This document shows, piece by piece, positions 23,338-34,070 of a DNA stretch of 60,460 nucleotides. A program made the position numbers and the translations under genes. Under the pieces are notes generated by a model. The model was given only the letters and a program-made list of their open reading frames with translations. It made no database searches and had not been told where the DNA came from. The stretch is from the sequence record SRR31156797_7069. One strand, written 5' to 3'. The first letter of the stretch is position 1, and each line of letters begins with the position of its first letter.

Positions 23338-24111
23338 CTATGCTGCGCTTGGACGACGAGTTCTGACAAACGGTACACCTGCTTCATCCGTTAAAACGTC
23401 TGCCTCAACGTGATACAACTCTTTAATCAGTTCGCTTGTCAGTAAGTCTTGTGGCGTTCCAAATGCTCTTAACTCCCCATCTTTGAGGATCAGCAGATTA
23501 TCAGCATATTGCGCGGCCAAGTTCAGATCGTGCAAAACCATCAAGGTGGTATAGCCTTGCTGTTTGGTTTGAGTCACTAAGTGGTTTAACAACACGTGTT
23601 GATAATGCAAATCCAGTGCACTGACAGGTTCATCTAACATCAGTATTTCCGGCTGTCTCATGAGCGCCTGAGCAAACAGTATCATCTGGCACTGACCACC
23701 GCTGAGTGTTCTAACATCACGGCTGGCGAGATGATCCAAACCAATACTTTGTAGAATCGCGAGTGCTTCTTCCAGCATCTTAGTTTCAATCCGCATGCTT
23801 AATGCATCAAGCCGCCCCAACAGAACTACTTCAATCACCGTCATGTTCACATCAAGATGAATGTCTTGCGGCATGTAACCGAACTTTGTTCGCCATGCCC
23901 CCAGCGTTTTCTTGGTCAGTGCATCTTGGTCAAAATGGATATCACCACTCTCAGTTTTGATGTCGCCAAACAGCGTTTTTAACAGCGTGCTCTTACCCGT
24001 TCCATTGGGGCCCAAAATCACATTCACTTCGCCAGTATTGAGTTTAAAGCTGATATCTTTTGCTAGTACCAACTCACCAATTTGGACATTCAGTTTATTC
24101 ACTTCAAGCAT
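23338..24111 (-). CDS. Iron-chelate ABC transporter ATP-binding protein
   Basis: GPNGTGKS, LSGGQ, MLDEP, HDLNLA; ATG 24111 abuts the permease stop. Confidence 0.92.
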   Translation of the reverse strand: MLEVNKLNVQIGELVLAKDISFKLNTGEVNVILGPNGTGKSTLLKTLFGDIKTESGDIHFDQDALTKKTLGAWRTKFGYMPQDIHLDVNMTVIEVVLLGRLDALSMRIETKMLEEALAILQSIGLDHLASRDVRTLSGGQCQMILFAQALMRQPEILMLDEPVSALDLHYQHVLLNHLVTQTKQQGYTTLMVLHDLNLAAQYADNLLILKDGELRAFGTPQDLLTSELIKELYHVEADVLTDEAGVPFVRTRRPSAA

Positions 24112-24112
24112 G

Positions 24113-25165
24113 TTATCTTCTCCTCGCAATGATAAGCCAGAAGAAGAAAGGCACACCAATAATCGCAGTAACAATACCAATTGGGAACAACGCCCCTGGC
24201 ACGATCACTTTAGAAAGCACCGACGCTGTAGAGAGCAAAAATGCGCCAATCAAGAATGACAGTGGCAAAAAGAAACGTTGATCTTCACCGACCAATATTT
24301 TTGCAATGTTAGGCGAAACGATACCGATAAAACCAATAATACCAACAAAGCTCGTCACCGTAGCCGTCATAACCGCAACAATCATTAAAGTTTTTAAGCG
24401 CAGCTTAACGATGTCCACGCCCAAGCTTTTCGCTCTTTCTTCACCCAGTTTCAACGCGGTGAGTTTCCATGAGTCTTGCAACAACAAAAACAGGCTTATC
24501 ATAACAACAGCGGCGGTAATGGCTAAGTTGGTCCATGTCGCTTTGGATAAACTGCCAAACAACCAGAACAGAATTTGTTGGCTAAGTTCTGGAGACGAGA
24601 TGAACTGAACTAAAGAGAGCAATGACTGAAACAGGAATAAAAGCGCAATACCGGCCAGAATCAATTGACCCGAGCCAATATGACGCACAGAAGCCAGCGC
24701 AAACAAGAAGCACGCAGAGATCATACAAAAAACGAAAGCACCAATCGGCACTGCAAGGTTACTATCTATCCCTAGAGAGCCTGTATAAAGCACCAATGCT
24801 GCACCAAACCCTGCGGCGGCAGCCATACCTAGGGTATAAGGGCTTGCCATTGAGTTATTAAGCAGAGTTTGCATCTCTGCACCGCCCATTCCCAGTGAAC
24901 CACCGACAAATATCGCCATTAATGCGATAGGCAAACGCAAGTTACTCACGATAACTTGAGTGGACTCATCGACTTGAAAAGGCAAACCCGCCCATTGAAG
25001 AAGAGCATAGAGAACAGAGCTCACATCGATCATTGATGGGCCTGTCATAATATCTAGAATAAAGGAAGTCGCTAACAGCAAACCAAAGCTTGTTAATATC
25101 ATTCCTCGGCGCTTTTCACTTTTACGTTGCGCTGCTACAGCTTGCTGCAATACGTCCGTTGTCAT
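24113..25165 (-). CDS. FecCD-family iron-chelate ABC permease
   Basis: LRLP, ASPYTLG, WLFGSL, LGEERAKSLGV, GIIGFIGIVSP, GVPFF. Confidence 0.92.
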   Translation of the reverse strand: MTTDVLQQAVAAQRKSEKRRGMILTSFGLLLATSFILDIMTGPSMIDVSSVLYALLQWAGLPFQVDESTQVIVSNLRLPIALMAIFVGGSLGMGGAEMQTLLNNSMASPYTLGMAAAAGFGAALVLYTGSLGIDSNLAVPIGAFVFCMISACFLFALASVRHIGSGQLILAGIALLFLFQSLLSLVQFISSPELSQQILFWLFGSLSKATWTNLAITAAVVMISLFLLLQDSWKLTALKLGEERAKSLGVDIVKLRLKTLMIVAVMTATVTSFVGIIGFIGIVSPNIAKILVGEDQRFFLPLSFLIGAFLLSTASVLSKVIVPGALFPIGIVTAIIGVPFFFWLIIARRR

Positions 25166-25258
25166 TTCAATCCACCAAAATACAACTGTTATGGTTGACC
25201 AATGCCTACTTAGGGATTGGCATTCATTTTTATAGGGCAGGAATATTACCATTTTGCA

Positions 25259-25277
25259 AATGATAATAGCTAGTATT
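25259..25277. promoter_or_regulatory. Fur box-like site upstream of the permease gene
   Basis: AATGATAATAGCTAGTATT; shares CAAATGATAATAG with the site at 20748. Confidence 0.6.
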
Positions 25278-25304
25278 TACACTTTTATTTATAACTACAA
25301 CGCT

Positions 25305-25339
25305 AAAAAAACGGCTCTAAAGGAAATACTTTAGAGCCG
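25305..25339 (-). terminator. Terminator after gudD copy 2
   Basis: CGGCTCTAAAG-GAAATA-CTTTAGAGCCG with an A7 tract on +. Confidence 0.8.
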
Positions 25340-25415
25340 CTGCAGTGTTATACAGATTTCTCGGTTAGAACATCACTTCAAAGCCAATAATCTGTAGATC
25401 TCTGTTTATTAAATC

Positions 25416-26747
25416 TTAGTCACGCACTAAGCAAGGACGCTTAGGATCAAATTTCCAGTCTTTGATTAGATATTGCATACCAATTGAGTCATCACGAGCA
25501 CCTAGACAGTTGTCCATGTATAGCTTGTGTGCCTCTTCCACTTTTTCCATATCCAGCTCAACACCCAGACCTGGTTTGCTTGGAACCTGGACTTTACCAT
25601 CGACGATTTGGAATGGTTCTTTCGTTAATCGTTGATTACCTTCCTGCCAGATCCAGTGAGTATCAATCGCGGTAATGTCACCCGGAGCCGCCGCCGCTAC
25701 GTGGGTAAACATGGCTAGTGAAATATCAAAGTGGTTGTTTGAGTGAGAGCCCCAAGTGTAGCCAAACTCATGGCACATTTGAGCCACGCGCACTGAGCCT
25801 TCCATCGTCCAAAAGTGAGGGTCAGCCAATGGGATATCGACGGATTGCAGGCTTAATGAATGGCCCATTTGACGCCAGTCTGTTGCGACCATGTTTGTTG
25901 CTGTTGGTAGACCTGTACGACGTTTGAATTCTGCAAGCACTTCACGGCCGGACATTCCGTTTTCTTCGCCACATGGGTCTTCTGCGTATGCCAACGTACC
26001 TTTAAGCTCTAGACCGATTCGAATCGCTTCGTCCAAAGACCAAGCGCCATTCGGATCCAGTGTGACACGCGCTTCAGGGAATGCGGCTTTGATTGCTTTA
26101 ACGGCTACTGCTTCTTCATCAGCAGACAGTACCCCACCCTTCAATTTGAAATCGTGGAAACCGTATTTGGCGTGAGAAGCTTTTGCTAAGTTCGCAACTG
26201 TTTCCGGGGTCATTGCTTTTTGGTGGCGAACACGGTACCACTCACACTCATCGTCATCTTGGTTTTGGTATGGTAGATCCGTTACATCTTTATCACCGAT
26301 GAAGAATAGGTAGCCCAGCATTTCAACGAAATCACGTTGTTGACCATCACCCAGTAGAGAAGCTACGTTCACACCAAGGTGCTTACCAAGCAGATCAAGC
26401 AGAGCTGCTTCTATCGCGGTGACCACGTGGATAGTGGTACGCAAATCGAACGTTTGTTTACCACGGCCGCCAGCGTCACGATCATTGAACTCTTTTGATA
26501 CGGCCGTCTTGATGTTTTTGTATTCAGCAATGCCTCTGCCGATAATCAATGGCGCGGCATCTTCTAGAGTTTGACGAATTTTTTCGCCCCCAGGAACTTC
26601 ACCTACCCCCTGATTCCCCGACTCATCAGTGATGATAATGATGTTACGAGTGAAGAATGGTGCGTGCGCGCCACTTAGGTTTAGCAGCATGCTGTCACGG
26701 CCAGCAACGGGAATAACTTTTACGTCGGTAACTTTTGGAGATGTCAT
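25416..26747 (-). CDS. gudD: D-glucarate dehydratase (copy 2)
   Basis: All GudD catalytic motifs present (KLK, DPN, EDP, TNM, HSNNH, DTH); ATG 26747 with AAGGG RBS. Confidence 0.9.
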   Translation of the reverse strand: MTSPKVTDVKVIPVAGRDSMLLNLSGAHAPFFTRNIIIITDESGNQGVGEVPGGEKIRQTLEDAAPLIIGRGIAEYKNIKTAVSKEFNDRDAGGRGKQTFDLRTTIHVVTAIEAALLDLLGKHLGVNVASLLGDGQQRDFVEMLGYLFFIGDKDVTDLPYQNQDDDECEWYRVRHQKAMTPETVANLAKASHAKYGFHDFKLKGGVLSADEEAVAVKAIKAAFPEARVTLDPNGAWSLDEAIRIGLELKGTLAYAEDPCGEENGMSGREVLAEFKRRTGLPTATNMVATDWRQMGHSLSLQSVDIPLADPHFWTMEGSVRVAQMCHEFGYTWGSHSNNHFDISLAMFTHVAAAAPGDITAIDTHWIWQEGNQRLTKEPFQIVDGKVQVPSKPGLGVELDMEKVEEAHKLYMDNCLGARDDSIGMQYLIKDWKFDPKRPCLVRD

Positions 26748-26892
26748 GTCTTGACCCTTTTTAAGTATCGGGCTCCATCCGGAGCAATGACTGAGGCCGC
26801 CTTGGCAGCCAACCATTAATTCTTAGCGGATAAGTGCTCTATTTGCACTTTTCGGTTTAAACAAAAACGTTATCTGTTCGTTTTCATTTAAA

Positions 26893-27054
26893 ATGTTAGC
26901 GCAAACATTTATAGCTTTTTGCACTTAACAAAACCATATCCTGTATCAAATATTGTTTATTAAGTCACATTTATGAATATAATAGATACCTAACACTACA
27001 TTGAGATCTAACTTTTAACGATCAAGTTTACGTGATTTTGTTTAACGCTAACAT
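26893..27054. promoter_or_regulatory. GntR/LacI-type operators and CRP-like site between gudD2 and its regulator
   Basis: ATGTTAGCGCAAACAT 26893-908, TGTTTAACGCTAACAT 27039-54 (cf. ATGTTA-N4-TAACAT); TGTTT-N6-TCACA 26954-69. Confidence 0.65.
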
Positions 27055-27146
27055 TTTTTGATCGAACTCATAGAAACACAGCCATATTGACCAAACAACT
27101 ATGATAATATTGCTCGAGCTAAACGCTGCTAAAGGTAGGGAAACCG

Positions 27147-28148
27147 TTGAGAAATAACAAAAGCAAATCGCCAACACTTGAGGACGTCGCCCGTGTAGCA
27201 GGCCTGTCAGCGATGACAGTAAGCCGAGCTTTGAACAACCCTACGGTTGTAAAAGAAGCGACACTAAATAGAGTGTTGGCGGCGGTTGAAAGCACCGGCT
27301 ACATCCCGAATAAAGCGGCAGGTGCTTTAGCGTCCAGTAAAAGCGGTTTGATCGGCGTTGTCGTTCCTCAAATCAACAACAGTATGTTCGTCGAAACCGT
27401 TGAAGCACTGCGTGAGTGCTTGGCCGCACGTGGATACCACGTTCTATTGAGCGTTTCCGATTACAGTTCTACCAGTGAAGTCGATATTGTTTCGTCTCTG
27501 ATGTCGCATCGTCCCGATGGGATCGTCCTCACTGGCGTTCACCACGATAACCGGTTGAAAAAGATCCTTCTCAATTCTTCTGTGCCCGTGGTAGAGATTT
27601 GGGATTCAACCCCAACTCCAATTGATATGCTGGTCGGTTTATCACATGAAAAAATTGGTGAGGCTATTGGCAACGAAATCGCGAATAAAAAGCCTCGTCA
27701 GGTAGGTCTTGTTTGGGCAGAAGATTCACGCGCTCAAAAACGTCTGCAAGAAGTTATTAAAGTATTCGAAAAGGATAACGTTAGCTATACAGTGGCTCAG
27801 GTACCAAGCCCAGCTAAATTTAAGGCTGGTCGAGAGGGATTATTAGAGCTATTAGCAACAGATCAACAGTTTGATGTTATCGCCTGCTCTTCTGACACGC
27901 TAGCACAAGGTTGTATTGCCGAGGCCCAGCATCAAAACCGACGGATTCCCGAAGATTTCGGTCTGATAGGCTTTGGTGATCTTGATATTGCTGAGCACAG
28001 CATTCCATCAATAACCACCGTCAACATCGACCGTATCGGTATGGGACAAATTGCCGCAACCATGCTAGCCGACAGAATAGAAGGTAAACCCGTTGACAAT
28101 TCACTTGTGAATTTAGAATTTAGCTTCAAATACCGAGAGTCGTTTTAG
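27147..28148 (+). CDS. LacI-family transcriptional regulator (E. coli GntR/IdnR-like)
   Basis: PTLEDVARVAGLSAMTVSRALN HTH, YIPNKAAGALAS hinge, PVVEIWD, GFGD. Confidence 0.9.
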   Translation: MRNNKSKSPTLEDVARVAGLSAMTVSRALNNPTVVKEATLNRVLAAVESTGYIPNKAAGALASSKSGLIGVVVPQINNSMFVETVEALRECLAARGYHVLLSVSDYSSTSEVDIVSSLMSHRPDGIVLTGVHHDNRLKKILLNSSVPVVEIWDSTPTPIDMLVGLSHEKIGEAIGNEIANKKPRQVGLVWAEDSRAQKRLQEVIKVFEKDNVSYTVAQVPSPAKFKAGREGLLELLATDQQFDVIACSSDTLAQGCIAEAQHQNRRIPEDFGLIGFGDLDIAEHSIPSITTVNIDRIGMGQIAATMLADRIEGKPVDNSLVNLEFSFKYRESF

Positions 28149-28261
28149 GCGACTCTTTTATACAACGATGAAAGGGAAATACCATTCCTACCGTTATTGA
28201 TCTTGATCCAAACTCGTTAATGAAGCTCTGAATCCTGCATAGTCAGTTGGGTATCAAAACA

Positions 28262-29206
28262 CTACAGTAACTTTTTCGCGGTGTGGACATCAATAATGAG
28301 AATATCGATATAACCGCCAGTAAGTGCTCCTTTAATAGCGGCTAACTTATCCATACCACCCGCTAATGCCACCACTCTCGGACAGCTTTTTACAACTTCG
28401 AGATCCATACCAATCACAGGATCTTCATCAGGGCCTAAAACAGGCTTTCCGTTTTCATCAAAGTAATGAAGACAGATGTCTCCTACCGCACCACGTGCCG
28501 CAAGATCTTCGACCATATCGTCTTTGTAATAGTTACCTGACGATTTCAGCAAGTGAGAAGGTTCCAACATACCTATTCCCACCAACGCAAAATCCACTTC
28601 ACTGAACATATTAACCACAGAACTGACTTCTTCTGTTTTCAGCAACATCTCTTTATAGTCGACCGTTCTCTCAATACTCTGTGACGGAAGCAGGTACGCT
28701 TTGCAGTTAAGCAATCCAGCCAGAGAGTGTGTCAACATTGAAGCTTGTGCATTACCATTTACACCCACGCCACCAAGTAGCTGAACGACACCTTTCGCTT
28801 TAATACTTAACGGGTGAGACTGTTCAACCATCTCGCGAATAGTCCCACTCCATGCGGAGACACCAACCATAGAGTTAGCCGGTAACGATGTTTGCATATA
28901 GTGGGCGGCAGCCGAACCAATAGCGCGTTTGATAGTATCTTCACTCGCTTTATCAGGTACATCAACGATAATTGCTTGAACTAAAGAGTATTTGTTTTGT
29001 AACTCTGCTTCGACGTTTAAATAAACATTCGATGGTTGCACCACGGTAATTTTAACAATACCTTCTTTAGTACAGCGGGATAGCGCTCGGGAAACAAATG
29101 ACTGTGAAAGATCGAGCTGTTTAGCTATATCAGACTGCTTTTTACCTTCATCGTAATAAAGCGTCGCGATTTTCACTAACAAACGCTGTTCATCTCTCTT
29201 TAACAT
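28262..29206 (-). CDS. SorC/DeoR-family sugar-binding transcriptional regulator
   Basis: LYYDEGKKQSDIAKQLDLSQSFVSR HTH; GAVGDI and KLAAIKGAL sugar-binding domain. Confidence 0.92.
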   Translation of the reverse strand: MLKRDEQRLLVKIATLYYDEGKKQSDIAKQLDLSQSFVSRALSRCTKEGIVKITVVQPSNVYLNVEAELQNKYSLVQAIIVDVPDKASEDTIKRAIGSAAAHYMQTSLPANSMVGVSAWSGTIREMVEQSHPLSIKAKGVVQLLGGVGVNGNAQASMLTHSLAGLLNCKAYLLPSQSIERTVDYKEMLLKTEEVSSVVNMFSEVDFALVGIGMLEPSHLLKSSGNYYKDDMVEDLAARGAVGDICLHYFDENGKPVLGPDEDPVIGMDLEVVKSCPRVVALAGGMDKLAAIKGALTGGYIDILIIDVHTAKKLL

Positions 29207-29245
29207 CTTGAAACCTCAGTAATAAATATACGCACCACTTTGCGC

Positions 29246-29277
29246 TGATATTATATTCAAAATCGAATAAAAATTCA
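29246..29277. promoter_or_regulatory. Degenerate paired operator upstream of the SorC-family gene
   Basis: TGATATTATATTCA and CGAATAAAAATTCA, starts 18 bp apart; variants of TGAATATATATTCA. Confidence 0.55.
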
Positions 29278-29379
29278 TAATAACCTGACTTTCAACAATA
29301 AAAAAGACCAACTTGCAAGACAAGTTGGCCAACTCTCATTAACCCCCAGCGGGTTAACTCATCTCTACTAAAGACAACT

Positions 29380-30798
29380 CTAACTGTGCTTGTAGCAATC
29401 CACACCTAAGTACTTAGTAAACGCTTCATTCAGTACAGCACTGGTTGAGGAATGGTTCATTGCCACATGGTGTTCAAAACCGTTATTACAGATGTGAGAA
29501 AGTAATCCTTCCAATTCTTTAACTTGTACTACTGCACGGCAGCCAACCGTATCCAGTTCATCATCGACGAATTTACCTTCACCCACATAAGCTTTAACCA
29601 CACCGGTGAAATCATCGGTTGATAAGCGGAAGTATGTTAGAGGGCCAGGCTTCATGCGACCATTAATTGCACCGCAGGTGTTTCCACAACCAACTGTGGT
29701 ACCAATTATGTCTGCTGTACTCATGAACGGATTATCAAGTTCAGAAGTTGCGAAGTTACCACAGTGGAACAACACGCATTTATCGCCATCGTCACCAAAG
29801 TTATTGTTCCAGTCCGCTATTGAAGCTGGTTTCTGAGATGCCACAGTCAAAGCATACATAGAAAGCGCACCCATTACGTCCACTTCACAAGCACTTGGAA
29901 TTAATTGACCAGACATCACACTCATAATTGAACAGACGTTTACACCTAATGTTTTTTGTAGTGAAGTCCAACATTGAATCGCGGTGGTATGAATATCATT
30001 ATCTGCAATCCACTGACTGATAACAACAAACAGTTTCGCCATAGTGATGAGCTTATCTTCGCCTATATCTGCTGTATCCGCGTTCGCTTTCAATAACGAT
30101 AATTTTTCGGCTATACGTAAGTCATCATCTTTGATGTTATCAACACTGGCGAAAATTTCTGATAAGTCGATGGTTTCTACCGTAATCCCCATACGCTCAA
30201 GCATTTTTTCACTATAGCGAACCGTGTTAAAGCTTGCTGGACGAGCACCAATTGCCCCCACACGGCAACCTTTCATCTTATCAACCACGCGGCAGATGTT
30301 TTCAAATTTTGCCAAGTCTTGCTTAAACGAATCGCCCTCCAATTCACAAACGTGTTGTGTCGTTAATGAAAAAGGAATTCCATATTGACGAAGGTTGTTA
30401 CACAGGGAGATTTTGCCGCAGAAGCTGTCTCGACGAGTCGCCAGACCCATTTTATCAAGTGAATCGGATTCAGCTTGAACAAGAACAGGGACATTGACCC
30501 CTGATAGACGAATAGCATCCGCGACAGCTTTTTCATCACCAAAGTTTGGTAAACAAATTACGATACCTTGGATTTCATCTTTATGCTCTTTCAGTAGCTC
30601 CGCAGCAACTTTTGCATGTTGATATGTTTGGACGCCACCATACGGAGTCTGAGTATCAGACAACATAATCGTTCTAATCCCCATTTCTTCACAAACTTTT
30701 TGCATGCCTTTACGGGCATCATCCACAAGATAGCTGGGGAAGAAATCACGATTACCAAAAATAATTGCCAGAGTAGATTGTTCCAGTGAGTTTTTCAT
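29380..30798 (-). CDS. L-fucose/L-arabinose isomerase family protein (candidate D-apiose isomerase)
   Basis: NFGDE, DSFCG, IQCW, ACEVD, IADWNN, FHCGN, EHH motifs (Glu/Asp/His metal ligands). Confidence 0.8.
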   Translation of the reverse strand: MKNSLEQSTLAIIFGNRDFFPSYLVDDARKGMQKVCEEMGIRTIMLSDTQTPYGGVQTYQHAKVAAELLKEHKDEIQGIVICLPNFGDEKAVADAIRLSGVNVPVLVQAESDSLDKMGLATRRDSFCGKISLCNNLRQYGIPFSLTTQHVCELEGDSFKQDLAKFENICRVVDKMKGCRVGAIGARPASFNTVRYSEKMLERMGITVETIDLSEIFASVDNIKDDDLRIAEKLSLLKANADTADIGEDKLITMAKLFVVISQWIADNDIHTTAIQCWTSLQKTLGVNVCSIMSVMSGQLIPSACEVDVMGALSMYALTVASQKPASIADWNNNFGDDGDKCVLFHCGNFATSELDNPFMSTADIIGTTVGCGNTCGAINGRMKPGPLTYFRLSTDDFTGVVKAYVGEGKFVDDELDTVGCRAVVQVKELEGLLSHICNNGFEHHVAMNHSSTSAVLNEAFTKYLGVDCYKHS

Positions 30799-32294
30799 TA
30801 TATTGCCTCTTCGTCATTGGATTGAAAACGAGCACGACTTACCGCTTGTTTCCACGACTTATAATTATTGCGAATCAAGTCCGCGTTTGGATTTGGTTCA
30901 ATCACTTCACTTGCTGGAAGTAATTGAGATAAAGCTTCATCGTTTGGCCACCAACCTAACGCTTTTCCCGCTAAGAAAGCTGCGCCTAAAGCGGACACTT
31001 CAACAACATCACGCTTTACGATTCTTTTTTGTAATAGATCCGCCTGGAATTGCATCAATTGACGGTTATTCGTAGGACCACCATCAACGGACAATTCACT
31101 TAGAGAGATTCCAGCTGAAGCCTCCATCGCGAAAAGCAAATCCGCGACCTGATAAGCCACTGACTCAAAAGCAGCCCTAGCAATATGAGATGGTGTTGCG
31201 GCGTCTGTTAACCCAGTAATCAAGCCTCGAGCTTTAACGTCCCAGTAAGGAGCTCCAAGTCCAGCCAATGCTGGTACAAAGAAAACGCCACCCGTATTTT
31301 CGACCGACCACGCCATGTCGCTAAGATTGTTAATATCCTCAATACCGAGCATACGTGAGATGAATTTTATGCCTGAACCAGTATGAGTAATATTCCCTTC
31401 CATCGCTAAGCTTGGTTTTCCATCATCCCACGCCACAGTGGTAGATACACCCAGATCCTTTTTAGGGACATCATCAATTCGAACCATCAAAGAGCTACCA
31501 GTACCGTAAGTCGCTTTCACTACCCCAGGGTTAAAACCGCCCTGCCCATATAGTGCCGCGTGAGAATCCCCAGCCTGAGCTAAAATAGGAACACCGTCAG
31601 AAAGGCAAGCAATTCCAGAAGTTACTCCACGATCACCACTAGACGGACGAACTTGTGGTAGACACTGTTCCGGTATTTGGTATAGATCCAGTAACAACGG
31701 ATCCCAACGGAATGTGTTGATATTAAATAGTTGATAACGAGATGCGTTGGAAGCATCGGTGACAAATTGCTTGCCGCCCGTTAGCTTCCACACTAACCAA
31801 CTATCTACCGTCCCGGCACACAGTTCACCGTTAATTGCTCTTTCAAGGCCGCTCTCGATACTATTGAGTAGCCACATAATTTTCGAAGCAGGAAATAGAG
31901 GATCAATCACCGAACCGGTTAACTGTTTCACCTGCTCTGCTTCTGGCTTTTTAGCAATCTCAGCACAGATATCTTCGGAACGGCGACATTGCCAACTGAC
32001 TAAAGGAGCTAATGCCTCACCACTACTTCTTTCCCAGATCAATACCGATTCACGTTGGTTACTGATTGCAATACCCGCAAGTAAACTTTCATCAAGTTCT
32101 ATTAAACAGGATTTTATTGCTTCTTCAGTAGCAGCCCATATAGCCTCTGGGTCTTGCTCTGCCCAACCCGGATGAGGATGTACCAGTTGCACCGGTACAC
32201 TCCCTTTGCTTAGCACCTCGCCAGTTTGACTGACTGCGATTGCCTTAGCATTGGTCGTTCCCTCATCAATTGCCAGGATAAATGGCTGAGACAT
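30798..32294 (-). CDS. aplK: FGGY carbohydrate kinase (probable apulose kinase)
   Basis: AIDEGTT, SNQRES, WQCRRS, TDASNASR, KATYGTG, GLGAPYW; downstream of a split transketolase. Confidence 0.7.
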   Translation of the reverse strand: MSQPFILAIDEGTTNAKAIAVSQTGEVLSKGSVPVQLVHPHPGWAEQDPEAIWAATEEAIKSCLIELDESLLAGIAISNQRESVLIWERSSGEALAPLVSWQCRRSEDICAEIAKKPEAEQVKQLTGSVIDPLFPASKIMWLLNSIESGLERAINGELCAGTVDSWLVWKLTGGKQFVTDASNASRYQLFNINTFRWDPLLLDLYQIPEQCLPQVRPSSGDRGVTSGIACLSDGVPILAQAGDSHAALYGQGGFNPGVVKATYGTGSSLMVRIDDVPKKDLGVSTTVAWDDGKPSLAMEGNITHTGSGIKFISRMLGIEDINNLSDMAWSVENTGGVFFVPALAGLGAPYWDVKARGLITGLTDAATPSHIARAAFESVAYQVADLLFAMEASAGISLSELSVDGGPTNNRQLMQFQADLLQKRIVKRDVVEVSALGAAFLAGKALGWWPNDEALSQLLPASEVIEPNPNADLIRNNYKSWKQAVSRARFQSNDEEAI

Positions 32295-32295
32295 A

Positions 32296-33240
32296 TTACT
32301 TCTCCTTTACCATCGCTATTGCTGTTTGCGCGATACCATTCGCATCAAAACCATGATGTGCTCGCAGCGACTTACGATCCCCGGCTTGTGCATAGTCACC
32401 GTCAGGAATACCCAAACGCTTTACGCGGTTACCCGTACCAAACTCTGCGACAACTTCACAAACTAGAGCACCAACACCGCCATTCACGTTATGTTCTTCA
32501 ACAGTGATGACTGACTTAACTTGAGCTAGCTGATCAGCTAATTGGTTGATATCACAAGGACGAATTGAAGAAATACACAGAACTTGAGGAGAAATCCCCT
32601 GATCTCTCAATATAGCAGCCGCATCTACTACTTCATGCATCGATGATCCCATACCGACAAGTAAAATGTCTTCACCTTCGGAAAGAACATCTACTTTTCC
32701 TGGCTCAAATTGATAATCTTCTGCGAAGAGTTCAGGCAACTCCTTACCATCCATGCGGATATATACCGGTCCCTTTTTCTGGATTGCATAATCGATAATT
32801 TGGCGACACTGAATTGGTGACGCTGGGGCGTATATTTCGATGTTGCCAAATCCACGCATGATCGAGATATCATCAATACTATGGTGAGTACTCGCTAAAG
32901 GACCATAACTAGCACCTGAGTTCAGACCAAACAACTTCACATTTGTGTTGTTGTAGCATACGTCCACTTTCACCTGCTCATTGGCACGAGAAATTAGAAA
33001 TGGCGCAGCATTACAGGTCACTGCAACTTTGCCTCCTAGTGCTAAGCCAGCCGCAGTGCCCACCAATACTTGCTCTGCGATACCCACATTCACTAAACGG
33101 TCAGGAAACGCTTTAACAAAAGGTGCAATTTTCGCTGTAGAAGTTGAATCTGCCACGACAGGTACAAGGTCTACGCCTCGTTCTACGGCAGAGATAAAAC
33201 GCTCAACCATAATATTTGCAAAATGTTCTGCATTAGCCAT
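32296..33240 (-). CDS. aptB: Split transketolase, C-terminal subunit (probable apulose-4-P transketolase B)
   Basis: NVGIAEQ, RANEQVK, STHHSIDD, GPVYIR, TVEEH. Confidence 0.75.
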   Translation of the reverse strand: MANAEHFANIMVERFISAVERGVDLVPVVADSTSTAKIAPFVKAFPDRLVNVGIAEQVLVGTAAGLALGGKVAVTCNAAPFLISRANEQVKVDVCYNNTNVKLFGLNSGASYGPLASTHHSIDDISIMRGFGNIEIYAPASPIQCRQIIDYAIQKKGPVYIRMDGKELPELFAEDYQFEPGKVDVLSEGEDILLVGMGSSMHEVVDAAAILRDQGISPQVLCISSIRPCDINQLADQLAQVKSVITVEEHNVNGGVGALVCEVVAEFGTGNRVKRLGIPDGDYAQAGDRKSLRAHHGFDANGIAQTAIAMVKEK

Positions 33241-34063
33241 GATTCAACTCCTCTAACGCCAATGTGACTTCTTCGCCTTTTGGCACTCGGTGGTGCCACT
33301 CAGGACGCCCTTGAATAAAGGAAATTCCCGCACCTTTAATCGTATTAGCTATGACAACATGGGGTTTGCCTTCTGGTTGCAACGCTTCCAGAGTCGTGAC
33401 CACAGAATCAATGTCATTTCCTTCACATTCAGTCACTTGCATGCCAAATGCTTTCCACTTCTCATCCAGCGGATCAGTTTTCATAATGTCTTTGGTAAAA
33501 CCGGCAAGCTGTAACTTGTTTTTATCATTGATGATAATTAGGTTATCCAAACCATAATGCGCGGCAACTAACGCGGCTTCCCAGTTGCTGCCTTCCGCCA
33601 GCTCACCATCACCTGTCAGAACATAAATTTTTCGTTTGCTGCCGGATTTCTTCGCTGCTAATGCCAAACCTACTGCAACGGGAAGACCATGACCTAAAGC
33701 ACCTGTGTTTAACTCGACGCCCGGTGTTTTGTGTTTAACGGGGTGACCAGGCAGTTTGGAATCCGCATGTTGATATGTCGGTAACCAATCTGTCGGGAAA
33801 TATCCCGCTTCAGCTAGGCAGCAGTAGTAACCACCCGCTGCGTGTCCTTTGGATTGAATGTACACATCGCGTTCAGGATCATCTAAACGGTCTGGCGCAC
33901 AATTCAAAATTCGAAAATATAACGATGTGACGATTTCAACTTGTGATAAGTCCGCACCAGTGTGCCCACCAGCTGGGCTTTCAGAGTTCAACACCACAAT
34001 TCGTTTGCGAATATCGGTGGCTTTCTTAACCAGTTCATCAGTCGATAAACGATAAGGATTCAT
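33233..34063 (-). CDS. aptA: Split transketolase, N-terminal subunit (probable apulose-4-P transketolase A)
   Basis: GGHTG, SKGHA, LPGHP, TGALGHG, GDGELAEGSNWEA (ThDP motif), WHH. Confidence 0.75.
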   Translation of the reverse strand: MNPYRLSTDELVKKATDIRKRIVVLNSESPAGGHTGADLSQVEIVTSLYFRILNCAPDRLDDPERDVYIQSKGHAAGGYYCCLAEAGYFPTDWLPTYQHADSKLPGHPVKHKTPGVELNTGALGHGLPVAVGLALAAKKSGSKRKIYVLTGDGELAEGSNWEAALVAAHYGLDNLIIINDKNKLQLAGFTKDIMKTDPLDEKWKAFGMQVTECEGNDIDSVVTTLEALQPEGKPHVVIANTIKGAGISFIQGRPEWHHRVPKGEEVTLALEELNHG

Positions 34064-34070
34064 AATAAAC

